41,795 nucleotides of DNA. It comes from Chiloscyllium plagiosum (lineage: Eukaryota). Below the pieces are notes generated by a model. That model did not search any database. It saw only the letters and a list, made by a program, of their open reading frames with translations, and had not been told where the DNA came from. The translations under genes and the position numbers were made by a program. Position 1 is the first letter of the stretch; each line of letters opens with the position of its first letter. Below, one piece after another: positions 22,600-34,989 of the stretch. Where the stretch lies: NCBI RefSeq assembly GCF_004010195.1, contig NC_057718.1, positions 93,215,971 to 93,257,765 of the forward strand. The letters run 5' to 3'.

Positions 22600-22780
22600 A
22601 CTCTTCTCTATTTTTCTCCTCCTTTAAGATGATCTTTAAAACCCACATCTTTGAACATCCTTGTTAGCACCAAACTAAAATTTCCTTTTATAGCTTCATG
22701 TCATTTTTTTTGTGAGACCACTTCTATGAAGCATTATTTTTAATACATTAAAAAAACTGCATAAAGGCAAGTTTCTGCTG
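22600..22780 (+). mobile_element. L2-like 3' end
   Basis: ctcctttaagatgatctttaaaacccacatctttg...ataaaggcaagt. Confidence 0.45.
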
Positions 22781-23034
22781 TAACATCAGTGGTTTATACC
22801 ATTTTTTGGAATTCTGTTATCAACTTTGTAATTTGAATATGCATTCCCAGCCGCATTCTACATGGTGAACAGCAGGGTATTTTTTAACTTGTGTCTCTTG
22901 TTCTATCACTTTCCTTTCTCTCTCTCTCTCTCTGTCAGGTTCTTTTGAACTTACCTGAGTTTGTGAGGTCAGTGATATGTCAGAAAAATCCATTGGATAA
23001 TTTTGATCTTTGAGCTGACAAATAATATATAACA

Positions 23035-23935
23035 TTCATGTCACACAAATGCCAGGCAATGCCCATCGCCAAAAAGATACATTAATCACTGCACCTCGAG
23101 ATTCAATGGTGTTACCATTACTGAATCTCTTCCTGTCAATGTTCTGGGGTTTTCCATTCACTAGCTCCTCAACTGGACTCATCACATAAGTACAGTGGTT
23201 ACAAGAGCAGGTCAGAGTCTCAGAATACTGCAGCGAGTAAGTCACCTCCTGATTCCCCAAAGTCTATCTGCAATCTGCAAGGAACAGGTCAGGAGTGTGA
23301 TGGAATATTCCCCACTTGCCTGGATGGGTGCAGCTCCAACACCACTCAAGAAGCTTGACACCATCCAGGGCAAAGCAACCCACTTGATTAGCACCACATT
23401 CACAAGTGTTCACTCCTCCCAGTACCAACACTGAGTAGCAGCATTGCGTGCTATCGACAAGATGCACTGCAGAAATTCACCAAAGATTTTTAGACAGTAC
23501 CTTCCAAACCCATGAATCAGGGTCCTACCTGAAACCTCGACTCTCCAACTCCTCTGATGCTGCTTGACTTGTGCTTTTTCCAGCTCCATTATCAATTCTG
23601 ACTTTCCAGCATCTGCAGTTCTCACTATCTACAAACCCATGACCACTTCCATTTGGAAGGACAAAGGTTGCAGACAAGGGAACACCATTATCTGTATGGT
23701 CCCCCTCCAAGCCACTCAGTATCCTGATTTGGAAATATATTGCCAGTCCTTCACTGTTGCTGCGTCAAAATCCTGGAATTCCGTCTCAAAAGGTATTGTG
23801 GATCTACCTGCAGCACATAGATTTCAGCAGGTCAAAAGGAAGATCACCCCCATTTTCTCAAGGGCAACTAGGGATGCTAAATAAATGTTGCCCAGCCAGC
23901 AACATTCACATCACATGATTGAATAAACAATAAAA
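23035..23935 (+). mobile_element. CR1/L2-clade LINE RT C-terminus and 3' UTR
   Basis: RAGQSLRILQRVSHLL..QVRSVMEYSPLAWM..LKKLDTIQ; SKSWNS; tail gggcaactagggatg..aataaatg. Confidence 0.85.
23516..23631 (+). mobile_element. Family B PLE mini-element inserted in the LINE
   Basis: Perfect 11-bp TSD caaacccatga at 23505-23515 and 23632-23642; starts inside HHR stem II and ends ccagcatctgcagttctcact. Confidence 0.8.
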
Positions 23936-24169
23936 ACTGTGAGAAGCCCCTATCCCATTAGTTAGGATGCTCAGTTGATGCATGTATTTAAAACTGAGAT
24001 TGATTTATGTTTTTGCCACTCAAGGTATCAAGGGATGTGAGAAGAGAGTGGGAAAGCAAAGTTATTGTCTGCATTTATAAAATCAGCTGAAGTTGATTCG
24101 CGGTTGGTTTCACCAAAGCCCTCAAGATAACAGATCTGCAAGCCTGTAAATCGAAGTTGGATGACATCT

Positions 24170-24445
24170 TAAGACCATAAGAGCATAGGAAATAGGAATG
24201 GAAGTAAGGCCATTTGGCCCATCGAGTCCACTCCGCCATTCAATCATGGCTGATTTCAACGCCCCTTACCCACACTCTCCCCATAGCCCTTAATTCCTTG
24301 AGAGATTAAGACTTTATCAATCTCTGCCTTGAAGACATTCAATGTCCTGGCCTCCACTGCGCTCCATGGCAGTGAATTCCATAGGCCCACCACTCTCTGG
24401 CTGAAGAAATGTCTCCTCATTTCTGTTCTAAATTGACCCCCTCTA
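24170..24445 (-). mobile_element. CR1-type LINE 3' end
   Basis: taagaccataag...ggccatttggcccatcgagtccactccgccattcaatcatggctgat. Confidence 0.8.
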
Positions 24446-24565
24446 ATGCTAGTTCATCAGACAGACAAAGTACATACCGTGGTTCAGTTAAAGTTCACCA
24501 AGTACCAATCTCTACGACATTTTTCTACGCGGACCCTCAGAAATGTAAACAATCTTTGTAACATG

Positions 24566-25194
24566 TGTGATGGTGCTACTCCTTTAACAAAGTTATGTTC
24601 TCCTTGGTTTTTATTTTCAGAAGGTCGTAAAAGCACAGGATATGAAAAGTTTGGATTTCAATGGGTTTTAGAGCCAATTTGATTATTGCTAACAGATACT
24701 GCCTCAGGAAAAAGGCTTTCAAGTTTAAAAAAAAACTTGTATAATGAAAGGGGAGTGGAAAATTCTCCTGACTTGGTTTGGTTTGGTCTGGCTATTCATT
24801 AAAAGCAGTCAGTGTTGGAAAAGCTGCTGGACCCAAAGAAGCAGGTCTAGGCCCTTCCTCCCTCTCGCTGACATCTCTCCTGTAAGACCCTGTGTTTGAT
24901 CTTACCTTTTGTGCCAAGGGGTGTTTATGAGGATGGATGCAAGTATTGGGAGCAGCATCATTAAGTTGGTATAATCTATTGGGTTTTCGGAGAGATTAAG
25001 TTATTCAGTATTGTGTTCTCTTTTGTTTGTGTTTCATTTGGTAATCTTATAAATAAATTCTGTTTTGTTTAAAACTAAATGGTTTGACCAACTGCTGGAA
25101 TATCCACTGTACACCTGCTTAAAACAACTAGCAAAGTTAGGGTCTGTGCTACTTTCTTAAAATGTTTTGAGGGGGTCTAGCCTCATCCATAGCA
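24566..25194 (+). mobile_element. Solo LTR (629 bp), probably Gypsy-type
   Basis: TGTGATGG...CCATAGCA termini, 4-bp TSD catg at 24562-24565 and 25195-25198, AATAAA near 25052. Confidence 0.8.
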
Positions 25195-25312
25195 CATGTG
25201 TGTCCATATGTATGTGAGACAGAGAGAATGAGAGATCGGGTGGGTAATGTTGGATTTATTGAAGGGTAAATATTTGCGATTAATTTGTTTTAAACTTACC
25301 AAAACTTGCTCT

Positions 25313-25556
25313 TGGAATCCTGACAGTGTGGTAACAGGCCCTTCGACCCAACAAGTCCACACAGATCCTCTGAAGAATAACCCACCCAGACCCATTCCCC
25401 TACTTGGGCAATTTAGCATGGCCGATTCACCAAACCTGCACATCCTTGGATCATGGGAGGAAACCAGAGCACATCCACACAAGAATGTGCAAACTTCACA
25501 CAGACAGTCGCCTGAGGCGAGAGTTGAACACAGGTTCCTGGTGATGTGAGCCACAG
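25313..25556 (-). mobile_element. HE1-like V-SINE
   Basis: Reverse complement of the HE1 core and tail. Confidence 0.85.
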
Positions 25557-25685
25557 CTTCATCTAGAATTACTTAGGTTGAGATATTCACTTGAAGGCAC
25601 ACCTCCTTAGTCCAAAGCTTGTTGATCTCAGGCAGCAAAGTGAACACACGCATTCTGTCCATGATGGCAGGTATGAACTGGTATT

Positions 25686-26332
25686 CCTTCTGGACCAGAT
25701 AACACCCCCTCAAAATATTTTACGAAGGTAGCCTAGACCCTAACTTTTTCTTATTTTAAAGTTAAATGTCAGGTGCTGTGTTCCAGATGCAATTCGAATG
25801 GTCAAATTAGTTGATGTTAAGCAAAATACAATTTATTCAAACAGTAAAGTTAAAATATAACAAAAAATAAAGGAACTTAGAATAACTTAATTGTATTGGA
25901 TAACTTAACAGAATAATAGACTATTTTACTACTAAATAATAACTATTCAAATATAGTAACATCCCATAAACACACACTTGGCAAAAAGGTAAATTCAGAA
26001 ACCGATTGTCTCACATGCAGTTCTCCAATCAAGTTGGAATGAACATCAAAAGATAATTCAGAAGGGGAGAGTGCAGCAGCTGGGAGAGATTCACTGCCTC
26101 CCAGCACTGTCGAGACCCCAGTAACAACTGCCAAAAGCCAACAAAAAATCCTGGATCTGTGAGAGCTTGATCACACCCGCTCAGGCTGCTACTATTGTTC
26201 CAACTTAAAGAAACACCCAAGGCCTCACAAGTTTCTTATCTTCTTACAGATTGCTCATCACTTGTCTCCCAATCTCCATCTCTCAAAGAAACTAGGACAA
26301 AACACACTTCTTAAAGTAACAGCATCGTCAGA
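25686..26332 (-). mobile_element. Related, degenerate solo LTR in opposite orientation
   Basis: Reverse complement ends aaagttagggtctaggctacc..aaatattttgagggggt and begins tgacgatgctgttactttaa; both match the ends of 24566-25194; no clear TSD. Confidence 0.65.
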
Positions 26333-27129
26333 GTTACAAAACATATAACAGTGAGGATGAGAATTTGACCCACTGGTGACCTAAGAGTCCAACCCCAGTT
26401 ATCATCTGACCGTTTGCGTGTTCTGCCTGGACACCTTCTAGGGTGACCGACTCCACAGGAAAGCCTTGGAAACTGAAGGAATAAAGCTACCATTCTCCAC
26501 AATTCTCCATAATTCTCCACAATCACTTGCAATCCTTTTCTATCAGGCTTGGAAGAAAGGACAGTCAGGAAGGTTTGAATCAGGGTCTCTCACTTCCGAT
26601 TGGAGACAAAAGGTGGGACAAGCTGCTGGAACATTTTAGGAGGCTCATGACAGGAAGGTGTAGGTGGGGCGTTCAGAAGCAAGAGGTCATGGAATGACCT
26701 TTCCAGAAATATGTCCCGTCAAGATCAGCAACTCACTTGATTGATCAGTCTGGATGGAGAAAGTAGCTAAGATTCATTTAAAGAAGTGTGGCCCAATGTT
26801 TTGTTATTTTGTAGTGCTTCACAAAATGAGATTGGTCTGGAGTATATTCTCTGGACCGCATTTCTGTCCTTGAAAAGCATTTCCAGGTGTGCAACAGAAA
26901 TTCAAACATATCATCTAATCCTGGTAGCCCCACCTCCATTCACAACATCAGGCTGCAGACAGGCAGATGCGATGTATCATTTCTACAGTGGCTTTGCGGA
27001 AAATGTCCAAGAACAAAGAAATTAAAAAGTGTCTTAGCATCTACCTCAAACATCCATCTACGCACTTCATTTCTCAAGCTCAAGGCTTTTATAGTTATCC
27101 CTCAAAACGAGTGCACTGAGTTTTGGTTT

Positions 27130-27443
27130 GATTAGATTAGATTCCCTACAGTGTGGAAACAGGCCCTTCGGCCCAACCAGTCCACACCAACCCTCTGAAG
27201 AGTAACCCTCCCACACCCATTTCCCCTGACTAATGCACCTAGCTCTATGGGCAATTTAGCATGGCCAATTCACCTGATCCGCACACCTTTGGGCTGTGAG
27301 AGGAAACCAGAGCACCCAGAGCAAACCCACGCGGACAAGGGGAGAATGTGCAAATTCCACACAGACACTCACCCAAGGCTGGAATTGAACCTGGGGCACT
27401 GGTGCTGTGAGGCAGCAGTGCTAACCACTGAGCCACCGTGCTG
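27130..27443 (-). mobile_element. HE1-like V-SINE, full length
   Basis: agattagattccctacagtgtggaaacaggcc...gtgaggcagcagtgctaaccactgagccaccgtgc. Confidence 0.92.
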
Positions 27444-27499
27444 CTTTTAACTGTGACTGGAACATTCAGCCTCAACAAATAATTCAATAATTGGCAGTC

Positions 27500-27790
27500 C
27501 TTTGCAGGTGAGGATGCAGCTCTGTTACACTTGGGGCAGAAGGTGGACGGGAAGAGGTGGGTGGGCCATTGATGTGGGAGCATACTCTTTTCATTGTTTC
27601 CCCCGGCTTCCACTTTCCCCTGATGGGAAGTCTCAAGGTGCTAGACACCTTCCTGGATGGTCCTACTCCACTTTGGACGGTCTTGGGCCAGTGAATCCCA
27701 GGTGTCTGTGGGAAGCCACACTTCACTTAGTGAGGCCTTGAGGGTATCTCTGAAGTGCTTCCTCTGTCCACCTGGGGCTCACCTGCCATT
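27500..27790 (-). mobile_element. RTE LINE C-terminal relic
   Basis: Minus strand APGGQRKHFRDTLKASL...PTDTWDSLAQDRPKW, an RTE/BovB-type motif. Confidence 0.8.
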
Positions 27791-27821
27791 TATCAATAAT
27801 TAATAAACTGCTGTACAGTGG

Positions 27822-28425
27822 TCAGGGCATTGAGTATAGGAGTTGGGAGGACATGTTGTGGCTGTACAGAACATTGGTTAGACCACTTTTGGAATATTGG
27901 ATGCAATTGTGGTCTCTCCCCAAAGGAAGAATGTTGTGAAACTTGAAAGAGTGCAGAAAAGATTTACAAGGATGTTGCCAGGGTTGGTGGGTTTGAGCGA
28001 TAGGGAGAGGCTGAATAGGATAGAGCTGTTTTCCCTGGAGTGTCGGAGGCTGAGGGGCGATGTTACAGAAGTTTATAAAATCATGAGGGGTATGAATGGG
28101 GTATATAGACAAGGTTTTTTTCCCAGGAGTGGGGGAATCTCGAACCCAAAGGCATAGGTTTAGGGTGAGAGAGGAAAGATTTAAAAGGAACCTAAAGAGC
28201 AACTTTTTCACACAGTGTATGGAATGAGCTGCCAGAGGAAGTGGTGGAGGCTGGTACAATTACAACGTTTAAAAGACATCTGGATGGGTATGTGAATAGG
28301 AAGTGTTTACAGGGATATGGGCCAAATGCTGGCAAATGGGACTAGATTAGGTTAGAATATTTGGTCAGCATGGACAAATTGGACTAAAGGGTCTGTTTCC
28401 GTGCTGTACACCTCTATGACTCTAA
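27822..28425 (+). mobile_element. CR1 LINE (HER1-like) 3' 600 bp
   Basis: LYRTLVRPLLEY, KLERVQKRFTRMLPGL..ERLNRIELFSLECRRLRGD..VYKIM. Confidence 0.92.
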
Positions 28426-29750
28426 ATATTGTTAGTGTGAACTGTGCATATTGAATAATGCAAGAATACCATGAAAGTTTGTTTGTCTGTTATGTGCACT
28501 GACCTGTGCATATGGTCTGTCTATAAGAACTCTGACTATGCACAATGAGAGTGTGTTATCTGACTGGATTACAGGGTGACGTAACTGCAAACAATTGCCA
28601 TAAAGGTGTTGACTTCACACTGGCTGAGAGTATACTTTAACTGGCGGGAAACCAGCATTTTATGTGATTTTAGACCCATGTGTTTGACACAGGGCTCAAA
28701 GTAACCTCATTTATAGAATGTATAGACTCTTTTACAATGTAGACATTTTTGTATAACTCTGTCACTGTGTTGGTCTCCAATTGTTTTATATGTGTATCTG
28801 TCTCTGTATATATAAATAGATACATATGTATGCAAGTATGTATGGTATTAACTAGAAATTCCTTCACTTGTAACATAAGGTCAGGTATCTGCAATGTGTT
28901 TGCCTATTGGCTAATGCATGAAGGAATTGCCAGCTTTGCACAATTGCAGAACATGACATGATACAACTTACAAGATTCTGCATTTATTAAGTGCCAGCAG
29001 CATTAATTATCAGTGTTCCCAATAGGATTCTCTTCAAAATACTTTTGGTTTCAAACTTCTGGTGAAAAATCCTTGTTAATACTTGGCAAAAAATGGGAAA
29101 AGTTGAGCCATGTGCTTTTAAAGTGGCTCCAAATGCATTTATTTAGATGAAGTGATCTTTCACAGTCAGTTCTGTAACATGAAATTCTGCTGTTGGCTGA
29201 ACATTTTATTGCCTTGGAGACACTCTGCACCCTACAGCCGCCATCTTTCCTCAAGTGTATTTGTTATCAGTTCTCTGTTTTGAACACTGGATTGATTGAA
29301 ATCAGAACTCTAATACTGACTTACTGAGATCATCATTCCTGTTTCAAGTCCTGACATAAATCTCCAAGTAATTTGATTGACATATTTTGAAATTATAAGC
29401 CAGACAGTAATTTTGTGTTGTGCATGAAGGCATAAATGACTTTAACTTCAATAGCTCAGATTCAGCTGGTGAATTTGTTAAAAGTGGCAGGCTATTAAAT
29501 TCTTTTTACCTGTCAGTACGCCTTTTTGGCTGTATTTATGCTTGCTCTCATTAACCTCAGCAACATGGTGGGCAATTTGTGATCAATAGGGTGTGTGCAA
29601 GAACGCACAACAATAAACCCCAAGACTCACCAGAACAGGGCTATTATGCAGAAGTGAAAAGGAGTCAAACTATTACAATCCAATATGTAAGACTATGTAA
29701 GATCCGAAATAAACCATACACTTAGAAGATATAGTCAATGATACATACAA

Positions 29751-30066
29751 CATGGTGATCAGTGCTTCACACTACCAGGAATCTGGGTTTGATTCCACCC
29801 TTAGGTGATTGTTTGTGTGGAGTTTGCACGTTCTCCCTGTGTCTGAATGAATTTCCTCCGGGTTCTCTGGTTTCTTCCCACAATCCAAAGATGTGCAGGT
29901 TAGGTGGATTGGCCATGTTAAATTACCCATAGTGTCCAGAGATGTGCAGTTTAGTCATGGGAAATGCAGGGACAGGGGTGGAGTGATTTTCAGAGGGTCG
30001 ATGTGGACTTGATGGGCTGAATAGTCTGCTCCCATACTGCAGGGATTTTGTGATTCTATTCTATGA
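29751..30066 (+). mobile_element. HE1-like V-SINE
   Basis: gggtttgattcc...gagtttgcacgttctccc...gattctattctatg tail. Confidence 0.88.
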
Positions 30067-30140
30067 TTTAATTTAGCAGCATCAGTACCAATGAAGCAAA
30101 TATGCTGAAAAGGTTTCAAGGAAAACATTACTACATATAT

Positions 30141-30355
30141 CACCAGGTTATAGTCCAACCGGTTTAATTGGAAGCACATTAGCCTTCAGAGTGACGCTCC
30201 TTCATCAGGTAATCGTCAGGTGATCATCACCTGATGAAGGAGCGTCGCTCTGAAAGCTAATGTGCTTCCAATTAAACCGGTTGGACTATAACCTGGTGTT
30301 GTATGATTTTTAACTTTGTACACCCCAGTCCAACACCGGCATCTCCAAATCATGA
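30141..30355. mobile_element. Family A PLE-derived palindrome with two HHRs
   Basis: 30141-30210 is the near-perfect reverse complement of 30229-30298; TSD attactacatat at 30127-30138 and 30355-30366; plus-strand HHR 30228-30262 CAC CTGATGA A GGAGC GTC GCTCT GAAAGCTA ATG. Confidence 0.88.
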
Positions 30356-31035
30356 TTACTACATATCAGTGATTGACTATCATTAAAAGTTAACCACTGA
30401 ACAACATAGGTTGCATGACTCAATGATCTCCACCATGAGCTGTGGCAGCTGTTGTATAATGGTCTGAAAGGGGTAGCACTTGATTGGCTGCAGTAAGCAC
30501 CACCCAATAGGATTAGGTCCTGAGGACGGTTCTCAGGCTGGGTCCTCCCAATCATCTTTGTAACAATGTACAGCCTATTGTTGGGAAAAGCAATGAACTA
30601 ATTTTGTTTATTCTGCAAGACTCTTCTCATTAGATCAGAAAATGTCCACCACCTCACACATTGGCCTCTGTAAAACCCTCAAGAACCCACAAACCTGGAA
30701 GATATAGATACTGGTACACACAACCTGGTGATCGATGCAGGATCTGAAGATTTAATTTAGCAGAACCAGTCGCAACTCCAGAGGAGAGGTACAGGCTGCA
30801 TTGTGAGATGGTGGTCTGTTGGTGTGGTGTGGAGTTCAAGATTAGCCTGGGAGTGGACAGACATCAGAGGTGTATGAGTCAAAATTAAAAATCCTTGGTA
30901 CAACAGGGAAACTTTAAATGAAGCAATAATTCAGGATGAGAATTGAAAAACTATATTGAGACTCAGATGCACGTCACTGCAAAATCACAGCTGGCAGCTA
31001 TAAATAATAATAAAAGGGAAGCATAATGTAGAAAT

Positions 31036-31400
31036 GGAACATAGAACATAGAACATAGAACAGTACAGCACAGTACAGACTCTTTGGCCCACAATATTGT
31101 GCCAGATCTTTATTCTACTCTAAGATGAAACAACCTGCCCTTCATTTTGCCATCATCCATGTGTCTATCCAAGAGTAGCTCAAATGTCCCCAATGTATCT
31201 GACTCTACTACCGCCACTGGCATTCCATACACCCACCATTCTCTGTGTCAAGAACCGACCTCTGATATTTTCACTAAGCCTTTTTCCAATTACCTTAAAA
31301 TGATGCCCCCTTATGGTAGCCATTTCTGCCCTGGGAAAAAAAGTCTCTGGCTATCCACATTATCTGCGTTTCTCATCATTTTGTACACCACCATCAAGTC
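31036..31400 (-). mobile_element. CR1 LINE 3' end with (AGAACAT)n tail
   Basis: gaacatagaacatagaacatagaacagtacagcacag...ggccc. Confidence 0.8.
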
Positions 31401-31651
31401 GCTTTTGGCGACCCAGAGAACTAATGAATTCAGTGAATTCAATTTAAACAGTGAGCAATTCTGGTCTCACATGGAAATTCTTTTTGGGTTCCTTCAGTAA
31501 AGCAACATGAAGGCAGGAAATCCTCCATTTGAGCTGCACAGTGAAGGAATTCTCCAACACGGCCACAAAAACAAGGCAATCCTTCATTAAAACTGCAAAG
31601 AGCAAGAAAATCTTCTAGACCAATAGCAAAGTATGGGAGAACTGTCATTAA

Positions 31652-31955
31652 ATTAGATAGATTGTTTTTTTCGATTACTTACAGCATGGAAACAGGCCCT
31701 TCGGTCCAACAAGTCCACACTGACCCGCCGAAGGGCAACCCACCCAGACCCATTCCTCTAAAACTACGGATAATTTAGCATGGCCAATTCACCTAACGTG
31801 CACATTTTTGGATTGTGGAAGGAAACCGGAACACCCAGAGGAAACCCGGGGAGAATGTGCAGACTCCATACAGACAGTCGCCTGAGGTGGGAATTGAACC
31901 TGGGTCTCTGGCGCTGTGAGGCAGCAGTGCTAACCACTGTGCCACCATGCCACCC
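31652..31955 (-). mobile_element. HE1-like V-SINE
   Basis: Reverse complement of the full head (gtggcatggtggcacagtggttagc) and tail. Confidence 0.9.
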
Positions 31956-32269
31956 ACCCTGTACTGCACAATGTACATCTTTGAAGAAGATAAAATGTCT
32001 GATTACATTGGGAAGCAACAGCATCAGAAATAATTTTGCGAGTAAATTTAATTGTAAAGATGGGCCAAGTAGACACAGAATTAGACATCCTGGAGAAAAC
32101 AATTCTCCACGAATGGAATAGCCACTAAACTGGACATTAAATCAGAAGCTGAACAATTAAATAAACTTACGCACACAGTTGAAAAGATAGCAGATGACAC
32201 AGTAGCTCACCAAGCAGTAAAAGAAGCAATATACACATTCCAAGAGGTACTTAAAACATTGAATAAGGT

Positions 32270-32505
32270 TAAAGGTTTGAGGTGAGAGGGGACAGATGGT
32301 GTATGTATGGAACAAGCTGCCGGAGGAATTGGTGGAGGCAGGTACAAATATAACATTTAACAAGCATCTGGTACATAAATAGGAAGGGTTTAGAGGGATA
32401 CAGGCCAAGTGCTGGCAAATGGAACTTGAAATTTCAAATATCAGTTTGGCATGGAAAAGTTCAACTGAAGGGCCAGTTTCCATGCTGCACAACTGTATAA
32501 CTCTA
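32270..32505 (+). mobile_element. CR1 LINE 3' end
   Basis: tggaacaagctgccggaggaattggtggaggcaggtaca...aggaagggtttagagggata. Confidence 0.8.
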
Positions 32506-33562
32506 ATTTCAACCTCACAATAAGAAAAATGCTTGAAAGAATGAAAAATAACAGAAGAAGACAGCAACCAAGGCAACAGCAATATGTTGACTTAAAGACA
32601 TGATTCATTATAGATTATTTTCAATTTAACTTTTCTCATTAGTCCAGAAACTGGCTACCCTCACATATACTAGACCATATAAGCTCTGAAGAACTCAGAT
32701 TCTTAGTGAAAATGGATAGCAGCACACACAACATCAACTATAACACTGCTGGTGGATTGGTTTTGTTAACAGCCCAGTTCAGGAGGTATTTTTATGGCTT
32801 ATTTCTTCTCTGATATTTTTTCTACTTACAGCATGAACGAAAGAATGAAAAAGGTTTACCTTTTATATGGAACAGTTCGAGATGTGGTTGTTGAGAATGA
32901 GATTTCAGCATTCATTGTGGATAGATGCTCATAGCTAATTGTTATTTTTTATGTGATTACTAGATATGATTGTTGAGAGCAAAAGATTTGTCAGGAACAA
33001 TTACTCTCAGGTAAGGTTGATTGGTTCGGTACAAATCTCAGGTGATCGTAAAGAAGATTTTAGAGCTACTCTTCAAAAAGGTCTAATCCAGGTACAATTA
33101 GTCACCCTTGCATTTTATATCCATTTCAGTAATAGCAACTCTCTTGGAAATGGTCAATTTCATACCTGAACATACCTGATAAGAGATATGATGTGTTACC
33201 TAAACATTTTATCTTTTAGTCATCTGGTCAAATGCAAGAATGCAAAATTTAAAACAAGCACGAACTTCAGGAAAAAGAGGCTGCTGATTGGCTAGGAAGA
33301 TATCTCTGATTGGCTGAGAAAATGCATTTACAAGCGGTAAGGTACTTTTGAACGACAGTTATAAAAAAATGAGGTAATGTCCAAACAATCCACTTTAATT
33401 TTTGGTTGAGATGAATGGCAAAGGGAGAGAAACCTAAAAGTTTAATAGAGTTAGTTTTGAAAGGCAGCACTGAGTTATCAGCCAAGATTATGTGTTTAAG
33501 TAAACTATAATGTTGGAATTATGGAATAATTGTAGCATTATCTTCCGTTAATTCATTCACTT

Positions 33563-34210
33563 TTTAATTGGTTTATGGAATGTGGGCATCTTTGGCCAGA
33601 CCAGCATTTCTTGCCCATCCCGAATTACCCAGAGGACAGTTAAAAGTCAATCACTTTTTTATAGCTCTGGAATGTGGACATCTTTGGCCAGACCAGCATT
33701 TCATGCCCATCCCTAGTTACCCAGAGGACAGTTAAAAGTCAATCACTTTTCTATAGCTCTGGAGTAGGCCAGACTAGGTAAGAATGGCAGATTTCCCTCT
33801 CTGAAGGGCATTAGTAGATCTGGGGGTCAGGTTAGCTTGGATGGCTGGTTGGTAAGACCGACCAGCATGGGTCCAATTCCTGCACTGGCTGGGGTTATTA
33901 TGAAGGACTCTCCTTCTCACCCTCTCTTCTCATTTGTGGTGTGGCAGGTTTTAGGTTAAACTGCTACCAGTTATCTCTCTCTAATGGGAAAGCTGTCCAT
34001 GTGGACTGGTAAAACAATGAGAACTTTACTTCTAGTGAATCAGATGGATGTTTATGACAGTGGTTATCTGGCCACTGTTAAACTAATCTTTTCGTTCCAG
34101 ATTTTTATTGAATTCAAGTTTCACTATCTTCTTTGGTGAGATTTGAACAATGGCCCCAGAACAAGAACCCAGAGCCCTGGATGACAACTAGTATCATTAG
34201 TGTGACATTT
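33563..34210 (-). mobile_element. tRNA-headed SINE with a 92-bp internal tandem duplication and a nested plus-strand SINE (about 33825-34032)
   Basis: Aligns with 9446-9808; duplicated unit 33576-33667 and 33668-33759 with tgga microhomology. Confidence 0.7.
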
Positions 34211-34499
34211 CTCTCATATAATTGTAAAAAATAGTTCCTTTTAAACAAATAGTTATTGTGTATGAAAGTCCAATGGATGGATTTGACCTCCGAGCTGCCC
34301 AGGAGATATTGGGTGGGTGAACAATTAGAACCGGAATGTCCGACATTGCGCTTTTGAACTGACATTTCTGGTCAGGCCAAAGTTGGAGAAGTCCTTTCTT
34401 AAACATGGAGATTCTGGTCCGGATGACTCCACTGGACTTTGACTGCACCTTGTCTTCAGCCTGAGAGAAGTCTTCAGTTTCTTCTCCACTTGAAGGCAT
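34197..34499 (-). other. Candidate coding or first exon (unidentified ORF)
   Basis: MPSSGEETEDFSQAEDKVQSKSSGVIRTRISMFKK...IPVLIVHPP; frame also open for 38 codons upstream; CpG-retaining unique DNA; possible donor AAG|gtgcag at 34449. Confidence 0.3.
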
Positions 34500-34989
34500 T
34501 TGTGAAGGAGATCCGCAGAAGACGAGGATACTTAAGGGATGAAATTCATTTCCTTTATGAAGCCAGGATGCTGCCAGAAGACAGCAGATCAGAAGGTTTA
34601 GGCTTTTCCTGTCTCAAAGTTTTCACTCTCCCATTCATTTCCAAGTGTGAGACACTCCCAGAACAGCTGGGTTCTCAAATCCAGACTCAATTACTAATTG
34701 AGTGACCTGGGTGTAAACCCAGCTAGAGCATATGAGGAGGTCCTGCAGGCTATTGCAATGATTTTAACCCCACTCAAGTGAAAATGAGCAGTGGAATTCC
34801 CACAGGAAACTTGCTTCGCGTTAAACTCCTGAATTTTCATTATGCTGCAACTGGGCTTTGTTAGAATCTGCTGTTTCCCCTCCACCCCAAAGAAGATGGA
34901 CAATTTATGGAATGCACCCTGAGAATTAGCAAAGGATAAGAGGTAGAGCTGCTTTGAAATGAGCTTCTTTCATGTGTAACTATTACTGT

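Noticed and set aside
26438..26735. Possible hAT-like MITE (tagggtgaccg...cagcaactc)
   Set aside because: Termini too degenerate and no TSD found
30141..30298. Palindromes as DNA-transposon MITEs or pre-miRNAs
   Set aside because: Arms are asymmetric with a one-sided tail, TSDs are 11-14 bp and variable, and the same termini join GIY-YIG relics; this fits PLE insertions
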